NCBI GenBank assembly: GCA_044375275.1
Contig: JBILMZ010000001.1
Location: forward strand, 414 to 64,413
Source of the DNA: Micropepsaceae bacterium
Lineage (GTDB): Bacteria; Pseudomonadota; Alphaproteobacteria; Micropepsales; Micropepsaceae
Reading direction: 5' to 3'
Length of the DNA stretch: 64,000 nt
Numbering within the stretch: the first letter of the stretch is position 1; each line of letters begins with the position of its first letter. Shown here piece by piece: positions 59,345 to 64,000 of this stretch. The notes under the pieces were generated by a model. It was not told the DNA's origin, did no database searches, and saw only the letters and a program-made list of their open reading frames with translations. Made by a program: the position numbers and the translations under genes.

Positions 59345-60724
59345 TCAGTGAAGTCTTTCGCCGTGTTGCGTCAAATCCAGACCTTCGCGCTCTTCATCTG
59401 CTGTTACGCGGAGTCCAACAATTGCGTTCACGATCAGAAGAATGACGTATGTTGCAACGGCACAGTACACGCCTGCGATCACCAATCCTTCAAGTTGTGT
59501 TACGATCTGTCCCGGATTGCCATCAATGGCGCCCTTGCCGAGGCTGTTCACGCTCGAGAGCGCGAAGACACCGGTCAGCACTGCACCAACCGCTCCGCCG
59601 ATGCCGTGCACGCCGAAGGCGTCAAGGGAGTCATCGTAGCCAAACTTGTGCTTCAGCCACACCGCGCCTGCGTAGCAGACAGCACCTGAAATCAGGCCGA
59701 TCATCAGCGCTCCCGACGGATCGACAAAGCCTGCTGCAGGTGTCACCGCCACAAGGCCAGCGACGGCGCCGGACAGCATGCCCAGCACGCTTGGCTTCTT
59801 CTGAAGCACCCACTCGACAACCATCCAGGACATCGCTGCTGCTGCCGTTGCAATCTGGGTGTTTGCCATGGCAATGCCCGCGAGTGCGTTTGCTGCGACA
59901 GCAGAACCGGCGTTGAAGCCGAACCAACCCACCCACAAAAGTGACGCACCGATCAGAGCGTAGAGGAGGTTGTGCGGTGACATGTTCTCATGACCGTATC
60001 CGACGCGCTTTCCAAGCACGATTGCGCAAACAAGTCCCGCCACGCCGGCATTGAAGTGAACCACCGTGCCGCCTGCAAAATCGAGGACGCCCATGCCGCC
60101 CAGGAATCCGCCACCCCACACCCAGTGTGCGACCGGGCAGTAAACAACCAGCACCCACAGCGCCATGAACAACATCATGGCTGAGAACTTCATGCGGTCT
60201 GCGAAGGCGCCGCAGATCAGTGCCGGTGTGATGATCGCAAATGTCATCTGGAAGGTCATGAACACCGACTCGGGGATTGATGCCGCAAGGGAATGAGCGA
60301 CTTCATTACCCATGCCGCTCAACATGATCCGGGATGTGCCACCGATGAACGTGTTTGCGTCGCCACCATTCGTGAAGGCGAGCGAGTAGCCAATAACGGC
60401 CCAGAGGACTGTTACCATGGCGGTGATTGCGAAGCTCTGTGCGGCAGTTGCGAGGATGTTCTTCTTGCGAACCATGCCTGAATAGAAGAGCGCCAGACCA
60501 GGAACGGTCATCAAAAGTACAAGGGCCGTGGCTGTCAGCATCCAGGCCGTGTCACCCGAATTCAGGGCAAGGGCGGTTGCGTGAGCTGCGAGTTGCGGCG
60601 CTGCGGCCGCGGCTTCTGCTGCGGGTTCGGGCGCCACGTCCGCCATCGCGCCTGCTGATGCCGTCGTCAGCGCAGTCAGCGACAGGGCGAGCCGTGTCCT
60701 CAAGTTGCTTATGCTAGTCATCAT
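59345..60724 (-). CDS. amtB: Ammonium transporter
   Basis: Signal-like N-terminus, 11-12 TM spans, conserved DFAGG.VVH and GVHG.GG motifs. Located immediately downstream of glnK. Confidence 0.95.
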   Translation of the reverse strand: MMTSISNLRTRLALSLTALTTASAGAMADVAPEPAAEAAAAAPQLAAHATALALNSGDTAWMLTATALVLLMTVPGLALFYSGMVRKKNILATAAQSFAITAMVTVLWAVIGYSLAFTNGGDANTFIGGTSRIMLSGMGNEVAHSLAASIPESVFMTFQMTFAIITPALICGAFADRMKFSAMMLFMALWVLVVYCPVAHWVWGGGFLGGMGVLDFAGGTVVHFNAGVAGLVCAIVLGKRVGYGHENMSPHNLLYALIGASLLWVGWFGFNAGSAVAANALAGIAMANTQIATAAAAMSWMVVEWVLQKKPSVLGMLSGAVAGLVAVTPAAGFVDPSGALMIGLISGAVCYAGAVWLKHKFGYDDSLDAFGVHGIGGAVGAVLTGVFALSSVNSLGKGAIDGNPGQIVTQLEGLVIAGVYCAVATYVILLIVNAIVGLRVTADEEREGLDLTQHGERLH

Positions 60725-60753
60725 GTTTGTTCCTTCAAAAATGATCGTGAGGC

Positions 60754-61092
60754 CTAGAGGGCGTTGGAGTCCGTTTCGCCCGTCCGGATGCGAACGACAT
60801 GTTCCAGGGGCATGACGAAGATCTTGCCGTCACCGATTTGTCCCGTCCGCGCGTGTGACGTGATGCATTGGATGACTGCATCCGCCTGATCGGCACGGAC
60901 AGCGACTTCAATCTTGAGTTTCGGGACGAAGCTCACGGCGTATTCCGCGCCGCGGTAGATTTCGCGATGGCCTTTCTGTCGGCCAAAGCCCTTTGCCTCG
61001 GTGACGGTGAGACCTTCAATTCCCATTGCCACGAGGGCTTCCCGAACTTCGTCCAGCTTGAACGGCTTTATGACTGCAGTGACCAGTTTCAT
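60754..61092 (-). CDS. glnK: Nitrogen regulatory protein P-II (GlnK)
   Basis: MKLVTAVIKPFKLDEVREAL...GFGRQKGH.EIYRGAEY (T-loop Tyr51), 112 aa. Confidence 0.97.
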   Translation of the reverse strand: MKLVTAVIKPFKLDEVREALVAMGIEGLTVTEAKGFGRQKGHREIYRGAEYAVSFVPKLKIEVAVRADQADAVIQCITSHARTGQIGDGKIFVMPLEHVVRIRTGETDSNAL

Positions 61093-61271
61093 CTTGTCAT
61101 GCCTTGCCTTGGGGTTTTCGACGGGGCGATGATCAATTCTTTTTCATGCGCTGTATTGCATCATGTGTCGGCACAAAAATGATCCAGTTGCTGATATTTT
61201 GTGCAGTTAACCTATGTGCCGCATGCCGAGAATGTTGGATGAGGCTGGCCGCATGCCTATAAATTGGAACC

Positions 61272-62510
61272 ATGGGCGACGCACTGAAGTTCAAGGCGGA
61301 TGTAGTCATAGCTGGCGGTGGCATGGTCGGCCTTACGCTGGGCATTGCGCTTGCCGAAGCCGGCATTGAGACGGTCGTCGTCGATGCGGCAGACCCTGAA
61401 CAGGTCTTTCAGGCCGGGTTCGACGGGCGGGTGAGTTCTTTTGCACCGGCTTCCAGACGTCTCCTGTCTGCCATCGGCGTCTGGGAGCACCTCGAGGATG
61501 AGGCTGAGCCCGTCCTGGACATCGTTGTTGGTGACGGGTCCGTGCGCGAGGGGGCTTCGCCGGCCCTTTTGCACTTTGATCACCGGGAGATTGGGCCTGA
61601 ACCGCTGGCGCACATGATCGAGAACCGGCACTTCCGGATCGCGCTTGAGAAGCGCGCGCGCAGTGTGCGGGGGCTCCGGGTCATCGCACCTGCGAAGGTG
61701 CTGGGCGCCGATGCCCAACCAGCCCATGTCGTCCTTTCAACGTCGGCCGGGCACATGATTTCGGCGCAGCTTTGTGTTGCCGCCGACGGACGGGATTCTC
61801 CCTTACGCCAAGCTGCAGGCATCAAGACGGTCGGGTGGCCCTATCGCCAGCATGGTATCGTGGCGACGATCGATCACGAAAGACCGCATCGCGGCGTCGC
61901 ACACGAATTGTTCCTCGAGGCAGGACCGTTCGCGATCCTCCCGATGAAGGGAAACCGTTCTTCGATTGTCTGGAGTGAAGAGGAACACCGCGCTGCTGCC
62001 TACATGGCGCTGGACGACAATTCGTTCCTCTCGGAAATCAGACAGCGATTTGGAGACCAGTGGGGTGAACTTCGCCTGACGGGACCACGCTGGTCGTATC
62101 CGCTTTCCATGCAGATCGCGACATCCTACCTGGCGCAGCGTCTTGCTGTTGTGGGAGATGCAGCCCATGCGGTGCATCCTCTTGCAGGGCAGGGGTTGAA
62201 CCTCGGCCTGCGCGACGTTGGTGCCCTCGCCGAAGTGATCGTTGAAACCAGGCGGCTGGGTCTCGATGTCGGTGCATCGCCGAACCTTGCCCGGTATGAA
62301 GCCTGGCGCCGCTTTGACAACGCCCTGTTTGCCCTGTCCATGGACGGACTCAATCGGCTGTTCTCAAACAGCGTTGGTCCCTTGCAGGCCATCCGGCGTT
62401 TCGGACTGGATCTGGTTGACGGCATCCCGTCGATGAAAGCGCTGTTCATGCGGCAGGCCGCCGGGGAGTTCGGTTCCATGCCACGTCTTCTCAAGGGTGA
62501 GAGCCTCTAG
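61272..62510 (+). CDS. UbiH/UbiF/VisC/COQ6-family FAD-dependent ubiquinone-biosynthesis hydroxylase
   Basis: DVVIAGGGMVGLTLG (FAD), GDAAHAVHPLAGQGLNLGLRD (family signature). Confidence 0.9.
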   Translation: MGDALKFKADVVIAGGGMVGLTLGIALAEAGIETVVVDAADPEQVFQAGFDGRVSSFAPASRRLLSAIGVWEHLEDEAEPVLDIVVGDGSVREGASPALLHFDHREIGPEPLAHMIENRHFRIALEKRARSVRGLRVIAPAKVLGADAQPAHVVLSTSAGHMISAQLCVAADGRDSPLRQAAGIKTVGWPYRQHGIVATIDHERPHRGVAHELFLEAGPFAILPMKGNRSSIVWSEEEHRAAAYMALDDNSFLSEIRQRFGDQWGELRLTGPRWSYPLSMQIATSYLAQRLAVVGDAAHAVHPLAGQGLNLGLRDVGALAEVIVETRRLGLDVGASPNLARYEAWRRFDNALFALSMDGLNRLFSNSVGPLQAIRRFGLDLVDGIPSMKALFMRQAAGEFGSMPRLLKGESL

Positions 62511-62520
62511 TCCCGCAAGA

Positions 62521-62937
62521 TCAATCCGGGCCGCCGTTGAGTGACCCCGGATTGCGCTGGCGCGAGATCCTGCTTCCAAAGGTCGTGTCGAGATCCTGGT
62601 AGAAGCCTCGCGCTTCGGTGAGCACGTGCTGCCAACGAGCAGCTTCTGCGTCTTCGCGCGATGAAAACAGCCGGCCATCCCAACTGAACCCTGGCTCTTC
62701 GCCTGGAAGCGGCAGCACCGGTGGCGTGTCTTCGTTGATCTGTTCGACCGACATCCTGAAGTGGGAGTTCGGATTTGCCCTGTCATACAAGGACTGTAGT
62801 TCAGCGGCTTTTCGCTTGCGGTCCATTTCCGCAAAGGCGTGGCGTACCCGATCACCCCACAGGCGCCAGGCGATCATCGCCGCTGCCAGCAAGACAAAGT
62901 ACCAGAAACCCTGAAGTGGCATTTCGGGCAACATCAT
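62521..62937 (-). CDS. Hypothetical single-TM protein
   Basis: TM FWYFVLLAAAMIAWRLW. 4-nt overlap with the upstream DUF971 gene. No recognised domain. Confidence 0.55.
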   Translation of the reverse strand: MMLPEMPLQGFWYFVLLAAAMIAWRLWGDRVRHAFAEMDRKRKAAELQSLYDRANPNSHFRMSVEQINEDTPPVLPLPGEEPGFSWDGRLFSSREDAEAARWQHVLTEARGFYQDLDTTFGSRISRQRNPGSLNGGPD

Positions 62938-63299
62938 GGGTCGCGGCTCAGTCCCTGGGTGGCCAGCCGGCTTTCATATTCAAACCACTTTCGTGTGCGG
63001 TTCGCGCCAAGGTCGAGCAGGTAGCTCCAGGAAAACAGCCCCGTGTCGTGGCCGTCGTCGAAGACAATACGGACGGCGTATTGACCCACGGGCTCCATCG
63101 CCCTGATTCCCACATTCCGCTTGCCGGCAACCGTCACCTTGGTGCTGGCGCCGTGGCCCTGCACTTCGGCGCTCGGGCTTTCCACCCGCAGGTACTCGGC
63201 CGGCAACTCAAATGTGCTTCCGTCCTCGAAGGCCACTTTCAGGACCTTTGACTCCCGCCGATAGACCAGTTCCAGCGGCCACGGGGCGTTGGCTGTCAT
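62934..63299 (-). CDS. DUF971 (gamma-butyrobetaine hydroxylase N-terminal-like) protein
   Basis: [24 protein letters not shown]......V.GKR.V.I....[22 protein letters not shown]. Confidence 0.85.
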   Translation of the reverse strand: MTANAPWPLELVYRRESKVLKVAFEDGSTFELPAEYLRVESPSAEVQGHGASTKVTVAGKRNVGIRAMEPVGQYAVRIVFDDGHDTGLFSWSYLLDLGANRTRKWFEYESRLATQGLSRDP

Positions 63300-63514
63300 C
63301 TCACTTCCTCGTCGCCCAGTTCGCGCGCCTCTTCGGTGAGCATGATGGGAATGCCGTCCCTGATCGGATAGGCCAGACGCGCGTTGGCCGAGACAAGTTC
63401 CTGCTTCGCCGCATCATATTTCAGCGTGCCCTTCGTTACCGGGCACACAAGAATCTCGAGCAGCCTTGGGTCTACAGCGCGTGTTGTGGTCGTGGGGGAC
63501 GTTTCGTTGCTCAC
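63296..63514 (-). CDS. Trm112/YcaR-family small protein (UPF0434)
   Basis: [14 protein letters not shown].......L.S....[16 protein letters not shown]. Confidence 0.9.
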   Translation of the reverse strand: MSNETSPTTTTRAVDPRLLEILVCPVTKGTLKYDAAKQELVSANARLAYPIRDGIPIMLTEEARELGDEEVR

Positions 63515-64000
63515 TGAAGCATTCCTTCGGGGCCCTGACTGTCGGCCATGGACATTTCGATGAGCGCAATCAGCATTGCTGCGCGGTCTGCCACTGTTGC
63601 AGCTTCCAGCAATGCCTGCTTTTCAGCTGATGGAAAAGGGCAGACCATTGAAAGGGAGTTCACCAACAGGTCGCCCGGAAATTCCTCGACCGAGGGCCAC
63701 AGGTTTTCCATCTGTTGCCTGGCGAAGTACTGCCTGACACATTGCGCAAGGCGTTCCCGATCGATGGTGTCACCGCTATCGTCCGCATGAATGTCTGACC
63801 CATAGTCGGCATAGTCCGCCTTGACGATGCGATACTGCCTTGCACTCTGAAGTTCCTGGTCCACCCTGAAGCGGCTAAGGCCTGCGAGGGCGATCGAGTA
63901 ACGACCATCGCCCGATTCACTCCAGGCGCAAAGCCGGCCCACACAGCCGATGGAGTAGAGTTTTGGTGAAGGTCCTTCGTCCGTGACAGGCTGAATGATC
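63511..64000 (-). CDS. Partial CDS (N-terminus off the window): LON N-terminal substrate-binding domain protein
   Basis: The frame stays open upstream of the track start to the window edge (hand translation [26 protein letters not shown]...). GRY.I.L.G..RFRV is a typical LON_substr_bdg pattern. Confidence 0.8.
   Translation of the reverse strand, partial: IIQPVTDEGPSPKLYSIGCVGRLCAWSESGDGRYSIALAGLSRFRVDQELQSARQYRIVKADYADYGSDIHADDSGDTIDRERLAQCVRQYFARQQMENLWPSVEEFPGDLLVNSLSMVCPFPSAEKQALLEAATVADRAAMLIALIEMSMADSQGPEGMLQ

Noticed and set aside
61093-61271. Sigma-54 promoter / NtrC sites upstream of glnK
   Set aside because: I looked for GG-N10-GC on the glnK strand. The best candidate (CTGGATCATTTTTGTGCC, read on the minus strand) has 11-nt spacing and poor flanks. 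The TGC-N11-GCA-like element is only a partial NtrC match, which is not enough to call.

Overview
The window is visibly GC-rich and looks like the origin-proximal core chromosome of an alphaproteobacterium, probably Hyphomicrobiales/Caulobacter-like. The genus cannot be named from the sequence alone. Gene order matches the classic alphaproteobacterial ori region. mnmE-mnmG-rsmG-parA-parB and rho/hemJ-hemH-hemE lie on the minus strand. A 378-bp non-coding gap follows at 35971-36348. ppsR-like-maf-aroE-coaE-dnaQ then run on the plus strand. I call that gap the oriC candidate. It has an AT-rich stretch, phased TGGATA DnaA-box-like motifs, GANTC sites and a strand switch in gene orientation. The rest is mostly housekeeping: ribA, tdh-kbl, yggS, two tandem porins, leuS-lptE-holA, secB, mltA, hslVU, hisBHAF, ftsK, glnK-amtB, a ubiH-family gene, and the start of a Lon-N/Trm112/DUF971 operon. 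I saw no rRNA, tRNA, CRISPR array, IS element or integrase. I found no convincing multi-gene defence-like or mobile system. The items most worth a second look are listed here. (1) A 26-nt element repeated 3-4 times in the mnmE-mnmG spacer, with a parS-like core and a GANTC site in every copy. (2) A 716-aa chimeric protein at 43279-45429 that looks like a prephenate-dehydratase/ACT-like cytoplasmic module, a Cys cluster, a TM helix, a Pro-rich linker and a degenerate OmpA-like domain. (3) An inverted DnaA-box pair plus a parS-like half-site inside the rsmG coding sequence. (4) A small secreted protein plus DUF2786-like pair appended to tdh-kbl. Several longest-ORF calls in the supplied track are over-extended at the N-terminus, and I give corrected starts. 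Family assignments come from recognising motifs in the translations. No database search was run.
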